Assembly (NCBI GenBank): GCA_965263355.1
Contig: CBDHHL010000032.1
Coordinates: 1,056,001 to 1,120,000 of the forward strand
Length of the DNA stretch: 64,000 nt
Direction: 5' to 3'
Source: Leptolyngbyaceae cyanobacterium
Lineage (GTDB): Bacteria > Cyanobacteriota > Cyanobacteriia > Phormidesmidales > Phormidesmidaceae
Shown: positions 18,401-29,424 of the stretch, piece after piece
Layout: each line of letters starts with the position of its first letter
How positions within the stretch are numbered: the first letter of the stretch is position 1
The notes under the pieces: model-generated
Told to the model about the DNA's origin: nothing
Database searches by the model: none
Seen by the model: the letters and a program-made list of their open reading frames with translations, nothing else
Translations under genes and position numbers: made by a program

Positions 18401-19039
18401 ATGGTCCGCATCGCCCCGATTATTTCACAGCCACCACCACCGCCTGTTGGCGAAAAACGATTTCTGTTTCGTTCTCTCGACTGGCAGCGTTACCAAACCC
18501 TACGCAAAACGCTGAGTCGCGATCGCAACGTCCGTTTCACCTACATGAACGGGATATTGGAAGTTACCATACCACTTGAAATTCATGAATTCTCGGCTCG
18601 AATGATTGAGCTGTTTATCCGTATTTTGGTCGTAGAACTAGGCATGAAGGTAAAAACCATGGGCTCAACTACCCTGGATCGGGAGATATTAGATAAATCC
18701 GCTGAACCTGACAATGCTTACTACATCCAGAACCAGCCCCTGGTCGCTGGTCGGGATGTCAATCTAGAGCAAGATCCACCACCAGATTTAGTCGTAGAAG
18801 TCGATATCACCCACACCGATATCAACAAATTATGCCATGGGAGTGCCAGAGTTTTGGCGCTATAACGGCGAAGTCTGGCGCATTTATGCTCTGCGTGATG
18901 GAGTGTATGAGGAAGTAGAGGCGAGTCCTACGTTCCCATCGGTACCGAAGGTGAAACTGTATGAGTTTTAGCAACGGCTAGACAAGATGAGGTAGACGCT
19001 GAATTAGCGTTAAGAAAATGGGTTCGGTCTATTGGATGA
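18401..19039 (+). pseudogene. Uma2 family endonuclease with two frameshifts
   Basis: GSTTL, EPD.AYYIQN, PPPDLVVEVDIT; resumes as MGVPEFWRYNG after ~18832, with a second shift near 18967. Confidence 0.85.
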
Positions 19040-19187
19040 AGTAATTGCTAATTTTCGGCCATCCAAGCTAAAAAGGCCAAAATTAAGGCTGCTCCCTACC
19101 CCAGGCTACAGCCTTAATTTAAAGTTAATCGTGATGTACTATTTATTACAGAATATTAACTGTATTCTAATGTCAAGCCTCTAACCA

Positions 19188-20192
19188 ATGGTAGAAGCAA
19201 CGATTAACGATTCCGAGATACGAGAACTCTTAAAGCCTTATAGTAAAGCCATCACACGTTCAGCCTGGCTAAATATCCTAAACTCCTTTATCCCCTTTCT
19301 ATTCAGCTACAGCTTAATGGTTTGGAGTCTTAAATATTCTTATTTTTTAACAATTTTACTGGTATTGCCCACAGCCGGATTCCTATTTCGAATTTTTGAA
19401 ATCCAACATAACTGTGGCCATAACGCTTACTTTAACGCCCCTTGGGCCAATGAGACTTTAGGGTGTATCTGCAGTATTTTTACCCTGACCCCCTACCATT
19501 GGTGGCTACGTTCCCACGCCTATCACCACGCCAACATTGCTAACTTAGACTGTCAAGAAACAGGCTATTTAACAACATTAACCGTACGAGAATATCTCCA
19601 ACTCGATTTCTGGCAACGCTTGAAATATCGCCTCTATCGCCATCCCTTAATTCTCTTTTTGGTAGGCCCAATTCTTAAGTTTGTCATCTTGCAACGGTTA
19701 CCCTATCAAGTCTCTCCAGATTGGAAAAAAGAACGCTGGGGGATTTACATAACAAACTGCGCGTTAGTCACCTTTGCCATAGGATTAGCCAAAATCATCG
19801 GCTGGAAAGCGTTGCTTACAGTTCACATTACTCTGATTATGGTGGCCGCTTCATGGGGTATCTGGCTATTTACTGTCCAGCATACATTTGACGATGCTTA
19901 CATGGCCAGGGGAGACGCCTGGAACTATGTGGACGCTATTTTGCAGGGCAGTTCCCACTACGATCTACCAAAGATATTACAGTGGTTTATCTTTGATGCC
20001 AGTTATCACCATATTCACCATCTCAACAGCCGGATTCCGAGCTATCGTCTGGCCGAATGTTTTCGGGAAATACCAGTCTTTCGGTCCGTACGTAAACTGT
20101 CATTACAAGACAGTGGTCTCTGTATGAATTTAGCCCTATGGGATGAGGATAAACGACGCTTAGTCAGTTTTCAGGATATTCAGTGTCTGTAG
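19188..20192 (+). CDS. Membrane fatty acid desaturase
   Basis: Histidine boxes HNCGH, HAYHH, HHIHH. Confidence 0.9.
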   Translation: MVEATINDSEIRELLKPYSKAITRSAWLNILNSFIPFLFSYSLMVWSLKYSYFLTILLVLPTAGFLFRIFEIQHNCGHNAYFNAPWANETLGCICSIFTLTPYHWWLRSHAYHHANIANLDCQETGYLTTLTVREYLQLDFWQRLKYRLYRHPLILFLVGPILKFVILQRLPYQVSPDWKKERWGIYITNCALVTFAIGLAKIIGWKALLTVHITLIMVAASWGIWLFTVQHTFDDAYMARGDAWNYVDAILQGSSHYDLPKILQWFIFDASYHHIHHLNSRIPSYRLAECFREIPVFRSVRKLSLQDSGLCMNLALWDEDKRRLVSFQDIQCL

Positions 20193-20217
20193 TCCCCTAA
20201 AAAACAGCCTATAGCCA

Positions 20218-20763
20218 TTAAAATGGCCCAAACATTGAGTTTGCGACTGACTTTGAATCATCACCACAGAAAAAATCATCAATCAAGATTAGAATTTCAT
20301 CCTTGCTAAGAACGCCATCGTCATTCATATCTAACTGCTCAAATGCCAGAGGGGCATAGGCGGGATGAATGTTATATACCTGAAAAAGCTCGGTCCATTC
20401 CTCTTTGCAAAGCTGCCCATCACCGTCAGCATCAAATACGTCAAAAATTAGCTTCATTAAGGACTGCACTTCCTTAAAGTAGCGTTCCTGATTTTCTAAA
20501 ACTTCATCGTAGTAAGCCAGCCACTCCTGCAGGCTGATTTTTTTATCACTATTGACATCAGCCTTGCTTACTAAAGATTTCCAGGCCTGCTTAAACCGCT
20601 CCTTTAATGCCAATACCTTGGGGGAACGAGCACCTAAGTTTTTAACCTCTGCTAGCCGGGTGGCGATGTTTTCGAAATCCTTGCCGACTAAAATTCCATC
20701 GCGATCGCAATCATACATACAGAACAGCTTAAGGAGTTTTCGATTTTGCAGTTCCGTTAGCAT
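20218..20763 (-). CDS. Four-EF-hand calcium-binding protein (calerythrin/SCP-like)
   Basis: Loops DCDRDG, DVNSDKKISLQE, DADGDGQLCKEE, DMNDDGVLSKDE. Confidence 0.9.
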   Translation of the reverse strand: MLTELQNRKLLKLFCMYDCDRDGILVGKDFENIATRLAEVKNLGARSPKVLALKERFKQAWKSLVSKADVNSDKKISLQEWLAYYDEVLENQERYFKEVQSLMKLIFDVFDADGDGQLCKEEWTELFQVYNIHPAYAPLAFEQLDMNDDGVLSKDEILILIDDFFCGDDSKSVANSMFGPF

Positions 20764-21087
20764 GGCGTCATTAATCTCCTATGGGATGCACTAAGAAAGC
20801 AGGGTGACTGGGCCTGCACGTAGTACGAGAATCATAAATCATTCATACTCCTAAATATAGGGGGCTACAGAATGATTTACGTACGGTTTGGTTCTAAACG
20901 CCCCATGGAGGTTAGGGGATGCGCGCATGGGCATTCGGTAAGCTTGGTTTCATGGAATGTGGGAAAGTGCGAACGGGTATTTTAGGCTATGCTCAACCCA
21001 AGCTACGGGGGATGGGCTGTATATTTTTTACAGGATATGTAATCCAAAACACCTTCTGCTACCTTCCCCTTCCTTCTCCTTTCGCCC

Positions 21088-22599
21088 ATGCACGCTGATT
21101 ACCTGAAACGCATTCTCAACGCCCGTGTCTATGACGTTGCCCAAGAAACGGCCCTGGAAATTGCCCCTAATCTATCCAAACGTCTAGGCAATCAGCTGCT
21201 ACTCAAGCGGGAAGACATGCAGTCTGTGTTTTCCTTCAAACTGCGCGGAGCTTACAACAAAATGGCCCAGCTCCCCCCTGATAAGTTGGCTCGTGGTGTG
21301 ATCGCAGCTTCGGCGGGTAACCATGCCCAGGGTGTGGCTTTAGGGGCACGACGGCTGTGCACCTTTGCCGTTATCGTCATGCCCGAAACCACCCCAGAGG
21401 TAAAAGTCAACGCGGTAAAAGCCCGTGGTGGTGAAGTGGTGCTTTATGGGGAAACCTTTGACGATGCCTATGCCCATGCCCGACAGCTAGAGACCGAAAA
21501 AGGGATGACGTTTGTCCATCCCTTTGACGACCCGGATGTGATTGCTGGTCAAGGCACCATTGGGATGGAAATCCTACGCCAGTATCAGCAGCCTATCCAT
21601 GCAATTTTTGTCGCTATTGGTGGTGGCGGTCTGATTTCTGGTATTGCTGCCTATGTTAAACGCCTACGGCCTGAGATTAAAATCATTGGCGTAGAGCCGA
21701 AGGATGCTGATGCCATGTATCAGTCCCTGAAGCTAGGGCATCGGGTAAAACTTTCCCAGGTAGGGCTGTTTGCCGATGGCGTAGCGGTTAGTCAGGTAGG
21801 TGAAGAAACTTTTTGGCTATGTCAACAGTATGTGGATGACATCGTCCGTGTGGGCACCGACGATACCTGTGCGGCAATCAAGGATGTCTTTGAAGATACG
21901 CGCTCTATTGTAGAACCGGCGGGGGCTTTAGCGATTGCTGGGGCGAAAGCTTATGTAAAGCAAACGGGTATTCGGGACGAAACTCTGGTCGCTGTGGCCT
22001 GTGGTGCCAATATGAACTTTGACCGGCTAAGGTTTGTGGCGGAGCGGGCCGAGCTAGGAGAACAGCGAGAAGCCATTTTTGCGGTGACAATTCCAGAACA
22101 ACCAGGCAGTCTTAAGCGTTTTTGCGACCAGATTGGCAAGCGCAATTTGACGGAGTTTAACTATCGGATTGCGGATCAGACCGAAGCTCATATTTTTGTT
22201 GGGTTAGAAATTTGTGATCGCGATGATGCCATTGCCATGAAAGACCAGTTTGAAGAAAATGGCTTTCAAACCCTGGACCTGACCGATGATGAATTAACTA
22301 AAATGCATCTGCGCCACATGGTCGGTGGCCATTCTGCCCTGGCTAAAAATGAACGTCTATACCGGTTTGAATTTCCCGAGCGCCCCGGTGCGTTGATGAA
22401 GTTTGTCAGCTCCATCAGTCCCAATTGGAATATCAGCCTGTTCCACTACCGCAATAACGGCTCTGACTATGGCCGTATTGTTGTTGGTATGCAGGTACCC
22501 CCCGAAGAAATGGATGAATGGCAGGCGTTTTTAGAAACCCTTGGCTATCGCTACTGGGAAGAAAATAACAATCCTGCCTATCAGCTCTTTTTGGGATAA
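21088..22599 (+). CDS. ilvA: Threonine ammonia-lyase, biosynthetic
   Basis: KRED.Q.VFSFKLRGA, ASAGNHAQG, regulatory FPERPGAL. Confidence 0.97.
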   Translation: MHADYLKRILNARVYDVAQETALEIAPNLSKRLGNQLLLKREDMQSVFSFKLRGAYNKMAQLPPDKLARGVIAASAGNHAQGVALGARRLCTFAVIVMPETTPEVKVNAVKARGGEVVLYGETFDDAYAHARQLETEKGMTFVHPFDDPDVIAGQGTIGMEILRQYQQPIHAIFVAIGGGGLISGIAAYVKRLRPEIKIIGVEPKDADAMYQSLKLGHRVKLSQVGLFADGVAVSQVGEETFWLCQQYVDDIVRVGTDDTCAAIKDVFEDTRSIVEPAGALAIAGAKAYVKQTGIRDETLVAVACGANMNFDRLRFVAERAELGEQREAIFAVTIPEQPGSLKRFCDQIGKRNLTEFNYRIADQTEAHIFVGLEICDRDDAIAMKDQFEENGFQTLDLTDDELTKMHLRHMVGGHSALAKNERLYRFEFPERPGALMKFVSSISPNWNISLFHYRNNGSDYGRIVVGMQVPPEEMDEWQAFLETLGYRYWEENNNPAYQLFLG

Positions 22600-23366
22600 C
22601 GGCGATAGAGCAACAACCCTACTAAAACGAATACCATGCTCAATGCGGGTATCCAGATCATGGGTAACGTTTGGTGACGCTGGGCAATGGCCACGTCTGC
22701 CCAGATAAACACAAGGGCGAAAAGCAGATCACGGCGTTGCCAGATAGCCAGGCCAGCAATCAGATTCGCTATTACAAGCATGATGGCAGTCCAATCGGTA
22801 CCGGACAGCCATAACGTTTGGATACCAGATGCATAGAGAGCTGAGGCAATATTGACGACAGTGGCTACTGAGATCCAGGCAAGATAAATACTGATAGGGG
22901 CATCAACCCAAAGACTACGCCGATTATTGAGATGGTGCTGTCTGCCAATAAGTTCGCTATAAGCGGCAATCAGTGCTAACAAAATCACTATCATCGCTAG
23001 CACTGACAGCCAATAGAGCTGCAGCGTAAACAGATAAATCCATGCTATCTGGGCGACACAGGCCAGCAGTAAACAGCAATTAATCCGTTTGATAATTCGC
23101 TGTCCCCGATGCTTTGGTTGCGACTGGTACCAGGCATAGGCAATCAGGCCAACATAAATGACACCCCAAATGATAAAAGCGTAGTTAGCTGGAGTAATTA
23201 GCACACCACCGAGGGGACCATTCGCCAAATCAGCGACAGTGTTCCCATCAATGGGAAAGAAGTTTGACAGGGTATTGACGACCAAAGTTCCAAGAATTGC
23301 CAGCCAGGTTGCGATCGCCAGTCCCCTATCTCCAATTAACCTGATCATGTCATCGCTGGATTTCAT
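22581..23366 (-). CDS. Tryptophan-rich sensory (TspO-related) membrane protein
   Basis: TPA.YAF.IWG.IY, SIYL.WISVAT..N; multiple TM segments. Confidence 0.7.
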   Translation of the reverse strand: MKSSDDMIRLIGDRGLAIATWLAILGTLVVNTLSNFFPIDGNTVADLANGPLGGVLITPANYAFIIWGVIYVGLIAYAWYQSQPKHRGQRIIKRINCCLLLACVAQIAWIYLFTLQLYWLSVLAMIVILLALIAAYSELIGRQHHLNNRRSLWVDAPISIYLAWISVATVVNIASALYASGIQTLWLSGTDWTAIMLVIANLIAGLAIWQRRDLLFALVFIWADVAIAQRHQTLPMIWIPALSMVFVLVGLLLYRRYPKKS

Positions 23367-23443
23367 TGGGCCTACTCAGTCATTGTGACCGCAAGCGTCA
23401 ATGTTTACCAGGTGGATTTGTGGCTATCAAGCTCTCTTAGCAA

Positions 23444-24757
23444 TTAATGCTCACGTTCGGTGCGTACCCAACTATTTTCAGGGCCTGACAAAAATTTAAA
23501 GTACAGTGGAATTTTCCACAGAACATAGAAAGGAATCGAGATTAATTTATTGGCTGGTATATCTTTACGGGCAAAACCATACCAGGCTAAGAAAATCGCT
23601 AACAACAAACTTAGGCCAGCACCGTAAATCATGACTAGCGGTAGCCATGTACTCCCTGAGACTAGTGTAAGCATTGTCACCAATGTTGCAGTGACTGCCC
23701 ACAGTGTGACTAATAAAGAGAGTGGAGGCACGCTCATATCTAACGCTAAGGCTACCAGCTCTAAACGGCCTTGTTTTAGGCCTTCTTGTATTAAAAGGGG
23801 AACAGACGTTAACAAAGTTTGTAAATGGCCATGTTCCCAGCGTGTCCGTTGAGTCATCGCCACAGATGCTTGTTGAGGTTGTTCACCAATCACCAGTGCA
23901 TCGGGACACATTAAGGGCAAATGCCCTGCTACTGCCAGGTCTAACCCGAGCTTCATATCCTCAACAATGTTGCCATTAGCCAAATCCGCTTGCTCAATAA
24001 TGGACCAGGGGAATGCCATTCCTGTTCCTGTTAACAAACAGGGCTGCCCCAATCCTTGCATACCCAGAGGTCGGACAAGATTTTTTACCTTAAACGCAAA
24101 GGTGGATACCATCTCGTTAGCTGCAGGGTCTGGACCCTGGTTCAGAAGATAGGTCGCTTGCACAGGACGATCGGTCTTAAGTGCCAAATCAGCCACCGCA
24201 TCAATGGCTCCAGGCTGTACTTGGCAATCAGCATCCACCATGATGACCACATCAGGCGAGTCTTTACTCAAGTAACGCAGACCAAAATCTAGTGCATACC
24301 CTTTACCACGCTGTTGAATATTATGGCGTTCAATTACCGTGGCACCAGCCTGTTGCGCGATGGTAGCTGTTGCGTCAGTGCAATTATCAGCAACGACAAC
24401 CAACCGGTCCGTTGCTTGTATCTGTGACGTGAGGGTTGATAAGGTGCCCTGAATCACAGCAGCTTCATTATGAGCTGGCATTAAAATGGCACGCTTTTTC
24501 TTGGTTTCAAAAGACGTTGCCTTTTTACGGGCACCTCTATTTCGCCTAAAAAAAGCGATTAAAACTTCTAAAGAAAAGACAGCACAGGGCAGTATTAGAA
24601 CTGCAGCCAGCATTATCTCCACAATCTGAATAATTACAGTTGCAGACATACCCACAAAAATTCCTCCAAAATTGTTCGGAGCTACTTTTTCAAGTAGTCC
24701 AAGACACACTGATGTAAATAACGTAAGTAAAAAGGATTCATTGCTGGAAGAATGCAC
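23444..24757 (-). CDS. GT2 glycosyltransferase (true start may be ATG 24649)
   Basis: PAHNE, ADNCTD, GKG.AL, DAD, VED, QRTRW. Confidence 0.9.
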   Translation of the reverse strand: MHSSSNESFLLTLFTSVCLGLLEKVAPNNFGGIFVGMSATVIIQIVEIMLAAVLILPCAVFSLEVLIAFFRRNRGARKKATSFETKKKRAILMPAHNEAAVIQGTLSTLTSQIQATDRLVVVADNCTDATATIAQQAGATVIERHNIQQRGKGYALDFGLRYLSKDSPDVVIMVDADCQVQPGAIDAVADLALKTDRPVQATYLLNQGPDPAANEMVSTFAFKVKNLVRPLGMQGLGQPCLLTGTGMAFPWSIIEQADLANGNIVEDMKLGLDLAVAGHLPLMCPDALVIGEQPQQASVAMTQRTRWEHGHLQTLLTSVPLLIQEGLKQGRLELVALALDMSVPPLSLLVTLWAVTATLVTMLTLVSGSTWLPLVMIYGAGLSLLLAIFLAWYGFARKDIPANKLISIPFYVLWKIPLYFKFLSGPENSWVRTEREH

Positions 24758-25351
24758 TGTTGATGGATTTAACTATCTATAAATTTTTGAAAGGACATTT
24801 CTCAAAAAGGATAGATACATTGGGAATAATTGGACTTAGTATTTTCATAACAAAGTCCTGGCACAATTCGTCTGCTCACTATAACTGTGACTGCTGCAGA
24901 ACAGCTGAGTTCCAGTTTTATTGAAATTTATAGCGATTTGCTGAATAAACTCGCTAGAGCAGGCCCTACACAGCGTTTGCTATCTAAAGCTTTTAGCAAT
25001 CACCGATATGATGCCCTATGGGCGCAAAACTATGCTAATATGTTCAAAACGAATTCATTCAAATTGATTAGCTGTTTCTGCGTCAAGCCACAACGAGTGC
25101 GAACATCATTCCTCTTGTGTTGACTTGGTTGATATATTAATTGTTCCCAATTAATGCGTGACCCTAATTAAGAATGCCCTTGTTACCCCTTGGTTGGAGA
25201 GATTGAGCAACAATATATCAAGCCATTTTAAGGCTGTGCGTGCTTGATCAAACAAGTTCTCTTTCAATAAAGTCGGTATCGTATGTTGCAACAGCTTAAA
25301 CTAGTCAAGTACCGAAAGAGACTTAACTGTTTACTTATCCATGTCAACTAG

Positions 25352-25391
25352 AGTTAAGCCAAATTCACATGGCTATAAATTTGGCTTAACT
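25352..25391. terminator. 14-bp inverted repeat downstream of the acetyltransferase gene
   Basis: AGTTAAGCCAAATT ... AATTTGGCTTAACT. Confidence 0.5.
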
Positions 25392-25450
25392 TTAGTAATT
25401 CTGAACGTCATTCACGATACTTAAAGGATGGGAACTCTTTTTCAGAAATA

Positions 25451-26086
25451 TCATGTAGATGTTATCACTCTAATTTTTTGAGGCTGGCAGGGTGAGCCTA
25501 CGCATATATGCTGAGCTGGCATGTCTTTAAACACATTACTGCGCGCTCCAATTAAAGCATTGGCTCCAATCCTTACCCCTGGTGCAATAAAGCAATCTGT
25601 GGCTACCCAAACACCATTTTCAATCACAATTGGCGCGGTTATCAGGGCAAACCGTGGATCGTTAGGGGCATGACTACCTGTACACAGGTAGGATTTTTGG
25701 GAAACAACACAGTGCTGACCTAACCGAATTGGAGCCAGACTGTAAAATGTGACGTTTTCTCCTACCCAGCTGCAATCGCCTATTTCGACTTTCCAAGGAT
25801 AGGTAAATCGAGCAGATGGACGAATGATCACATCTTTGCCAATTTTGGCACCGAAAAATCGAAGTAGGGCACAACGTGGGCCATGGGCCGTATGCAAGGT
25901 TAACGGAAATATAACAGCTTGTACAAGCCACCACACCATGACGTACCATTTCGGTCGACCAACTTCAAAGCCCGGCTGATGATACTGGCGTAAATCCACC
26001 AAAGAAGGTGGCCCAAAGTCAGATTTTTCCTGTATCTCTAAAGAATTGGCTGCGTTGATAGATACCTCAGACGTGCCATTACTCAT
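25451..26086 (-). CDS. WcaF/HpsU-type polysaccharide acetyltransferase
   Basis: LLR.FGA.IG, YPWK..IGD, SQ..YLCTGSH, hexapeptide repeats. Confidence 0.88.
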   Translation of the reverse strand: MSNGTSEVSINAANSLEIQEKSDFGPPSLVDLRQYHQPGFEVGRPKWYVMVWWLVQAVIFPLTLHTAHGPRCALLRFFGAKIGKDVIIRPSARFTYPWKVEIGDCSWVGENVTFYSLAPIRLGQHCVVSQKSYLCTGSHAPNDPRFALITAPIVIENGVWVATDCFIAPGVRIGANALIGARSNVFKDMPAQHICVGSPCQPQKIRVITST

Positions 26087-27027
26087 TAAACATCACCCAC
26101 TAAAGCTGCTTGGGGGTTTTCGTCAGTTTCTGGTTCATCTGCTAGGTTTAGACTGCCACCAAACTGCAGCTCATAGAGTTTGACTCCAATTTGATACTCA
26201 TACTGGCTGAGTAAGCGAGCGTAAATATAGCCTGGATAGCCATCTAGAAAACCAAGGCGAATAAAGTAAAACAGAACAAATCGCAACAAGGGTTTGAAGG
26301 GTAGGCGAACCCAAATCTTTTTAAGAAATCGCTTACGCTGGACAGAATCACCAAATAGATTAGCTCCAATAGTGCCATCGTCCCCCATACCAGTTAGCAG
26401 GTTGTAATAAACTCGTGCCTCCCAGTTGGAATAGCGGTTATGGCGAGCTAGCCAGTGGAATAAATCACGAAAGTCGATATGGAGCATATCGTTTTGGAGA
26501 TAGCCTACGTTGCCACCTTCTATAACGACATGTTCATGCACTTCGTTATCACCAGTATTTTGAATTTCTTCGGTATTTAGATTTTCATAGCGGCCTTTAG
26601 CATGACGGAAGAAGCGCATATTCCAGTCAGGATATTTGCCACCGTGGCGGATCCATTTGCCTAGAAAATAAACCCGTCGATTTAGATAGCAACCGTCTAG
26701 CTCATTAGCTGCGATCACATCTGCCATTTCTGCCCAGAGTTCTGGGGTAATGCGCTCGTCACAATCGACGATCAATACCCATTCGTTACGAAAGGGGAGG
26801 TTATCTAACGACCAATTTTTTTTCTTAGGCCAGCGGCCATTGAAATCAAATTGAATTACTTGGGCACCGTAGGATTCTGCAATTTCTACTGAACGATCTT
26901 CGCTGTGGGAGTCCACCACGAAAACTTCGTCTGCCTGGGCAACACTTTCTAAGCAAGCCGGTAGATTTGCTTCTTCATTTTTTGCAGGAATCAGTACGGA
27001 AACCGGAACTTTGGTGGCAGCACTCAT
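26086..27027 (-). CDS. GT2 glycosyltransferase
   Basis: IPAKNEE, VDS.S.D, DCDE, NEVHEH; translationally coupled to the acetyltransferase. Confidence 0.9.
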   Translation of the reverse strand: MSAATKVPVSVLIPAKNEEANLPACLESVAQADEVFVVDSHSEDRSVEIAESYGAQVIQFDFNGRWPKKKNWSLDNLPFRNEWVLIVDCDERITPELWAEMADVIAANELDGCYLNRRVYFLGKWIRHGGKYPDWNMRFFRHAKGRYENLNTEEIQNTGDNEVHEHVVIEGGNVGYLQNDMLHIDFRDLFHWLARHNRYSNWEARVYYNLLTGMGDDGTIGANLFGDSVQRKRFLKKIWVRLPFKPLLRFVLFYFIRLGFLDGYPGYIYARLLSQYEYQIGVKLYELQFGGSLNLADEPETDENPQAALVGDV

Positions 27028-27158
27028 GGGTTAATAGAACGCTAATAAACGGTAGATAACTGGTTTGAACGCAGGCTGTGGGCATCATTTACGCTACGTA
27101 TTGCCCAAGCTTTAGCAATATAATGAATTTTGATTACTCACCTAATTATGACGTCACA

Positions 27159-28115
27159 CTAGGCGGATGACTTAGCTGATTTATAAGTTGGCTTATGGGG
27201 TTTGACCAGGTATCGTAAAACACTACCCAGGTAACCCAGTTGACCGTAGGCATAGGTCAAATTTTCAAACCGCTGTGCTGGGTCCTTGACATATTTGACG
27301 GTTTTGTAAACACCTCTAATAAGACGCTCCCCTCCCCATCGCAGTTGGGCAACGCCAGCGCGCCCCGAAACTTGTTCACGGTAACATTCACTAATGCCTT
27401 GCCACCAACTGCGGCTTAGAAACCAGCCTGGTTTAAGTCTGGCAGGAGCAACATTATGGGCGGCTAAGGCGTTGGGGACGTACACCACATGCCAGCCATT
27501 TTTTAGGGCTAGTTGGGTCATATGTAGCTCTTCATTGGAGAGCAGATTTTTGCCAACACGTCCTAGGTTAACGTCAAATCCGCCAACTGAGTCTAGGAAG
27601 GTTTTGCGCAGAGAATAATTAAGACCTCGGGGGGTGAGACTAGGATTTTTGATATACTGCATCCGCTCACCGAGATCATAGGCCCCTAAACCACTGGCTA
27701 AATCGTCCGATAGCCAGGCTGGTGGGCGAACAACGCCTGGTGGCCACAGGAGGGTAACTTTGCCACCTGCGATCGCAACCCTACTATTATTTTCGTATAC
27801 CTCTAAAAGCGAAGCTAACCACTGAGGGCTAGCGACCGCGTCATCATCGAGATAAGCAAGAATATCGCCTTTGGCTGTCTTGGCACCTGTGTTACGTGCT
27901 GTCGATAGACCAAGTGTAGGCTCGTAGACATAGCGTAATCGAGAGTCCGACAGACGTGGCTGGACAACTTCTGCTGTCGAATCGGTTGAGCCATTATCTA
28001 CTACGATGATTTCAATATCGTGGAGAGTTTGGGCCAACAAACTATCGATGGCAGCTCCTAGATATTGATCGCGATTATGGGTGCAAATAATGGCAGAAAT
28101 TGATAGCTCAGCCAT
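27159..28115 (-). CDS. GT2 glycosyltransferase
   Basis: ICTHNR, VDNGSTD, GLS.ARN.G, YLDDD. Confidence 0.9.
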   Translation of the reverse strand: MAELSISAIICTHNRDQYLGAAIDSLLAQTLHDIEIIVVDNGSTDSTAEVVQPRLSDSRLRYVYEPTLGLSTARNTGAKTAKGDILAYLDDDAVASPQWLASLLEVYENNSRVAIAGGKVTLLWPPGVVRPPAWLSDDLASGLGAYDLGERMQYIKNPSLTPRGLNYSLRKTFLDSVGGFDVNLGRVGKNLLSNEELHMTQLALKNGWHVVYVPNALAAHNVAPARLKPGWFLSRSWWQGISECYREQVSGRAGVAQLRWGGERLIRGVYKTVKYVKDPAQRFENLTYAYGQLGYLGSVLRYLVKPHKPTYKSAKSSA

Positions 28116-28445
28116 AAAAACCTTGAAGAAAAAAAGAGGGTTACTAAAAAACGATGCTTGCTATGGCAGGAACAAAAGTCAAACTAAATTGGATGAGCAA
28201 TAAATTATAAATTTACTTGGTGATAAGTTATACGGTCAGCGGTATGGACTACCAAATTTGACACATTTGATAGATGGGCTACGTTGCCCTGCTCAAAATT
28301 CCCGCTTAACAATGAATGTACTCATTAAACTTTACTGAAATTACGCAATTGAGTCCTAGTTATCAAGTTCTGTTTATATACTCTTCAAACGTATAAAGTC
28401 TCCTCTAGTTGGTGATACCCCATTGTTCAATTTTTGCTTAGCCCC

Positions 28446-29135
28446 ATGAACTCTACTGCTGATATTGATCTTGCCCCTTATATCGACCATTCTCTACTAT
28501 TGCCGACAGCGACGTTGGACCAGGTCGATCACTGGTGTGCGGAGGCGCAACGCTATGGTTTTGCCAGTGTCTGTATTTATCCGACCCATGTCCAACGGGC
28601 GGTTGAGAACTTACATGACAGTAGAACGGCTGTCGGCACAGTGATTGGCTTTCCTACTGGCGCAGATACCTCAGCCAGTAAGCTTTTCGCTGCTCAAGAA
28701 GCCATGGAAAACGGAGCGACAGAACTCGATGTGGTGATTAACCTGGGCTGGGTTAAATTGGGGCAAATGGAGCAGGTGCATACAGAATTGGCCCAAATTG
28801 TAGAAGCGACGGGGCAGAAGGTAAAGGCTATTTTAGAAATGGCATTGCTTGAGGATGGTGAGAAACGCTTGGCAGCTGACGTTTGTATGGATGCAGGGGT
28901 AAGTTTTCTAAAAACGAGTACGGGTTGGCATGGCGGTGCCACGGTAGCAGACATTCGCTTACTAAAAGAACTGTCCCGTGGCCGTGTGGGCATTAAGGCA
29001 TCTGGTGGTATTCGAACGCCTACCCAAGCTCTGGCATTGATTGAGGCAGGGGCTACGCGCCTGGGTACTTCACGGGGACCCGATATTTTGCGGCAGCGGG
29101 CGGCTGAGTCTCAAATCATTGATGAACGTCACTAG
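28446..29135 (+). CDS. deoC: Deoxyribose-phosphate aldolase
   Basis: [39 protein letters not shown]. Confidence 0.95.
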   Translation: MNSTADIDLAPYIDHSLLLPTATLDQVDHWCAEAQRYGFASVCIYPTHVQRAVENLHDSRTAVGTVIGFPTGADTSASKLFAAQEAMENGATELDVVINLGWVKLGQMEQVHTELAQIVEATGQKVKAILEMALLEDGEKRLAADVCMDAGVSFLKTSTGWHGGATVADIRLLKELSRGRVGIKASGGIRTPTQALALIEAGATRLGTSRGPDILRQRAAESQIIDERH

Positions 29136-29424
29136 CTGTCTGTCAAGTTCTAATTTTTGGTAAGAGAGGCTATCAACAAAACGACTGTTACCTCTGAAAT
29201 ACAACTCAACTATCCCACTACAAAGGCTCAAGGCCATGCGCTTACGCGTACCACTACTCACCGTCTGAGCCAAAATTTTGAACTTGACACGATATTGATA
29301 GCCTGATCTACGGATATCAAAAAAGCCAAAGGATTAAGAAAACTACATATTTTTTCTAGCAATCTGCCCCGAATGGGAACTATGTCGGGCAATATTAATA
29401 TGATGTAGCACTTTGTAACCGTAA

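Noticed and set aside
24887..25123. 78-aa ORF in the glycosyltransferase intergenic region
   Set aside because: No recognisable motif or RBS; probably spurious.
29370..29390. SigJ-type promoter (GGGAACTAT) upstream of the hpsJ-like gene
   Set aside because: Only a partial match to a short motif; not supportable without TSS data.
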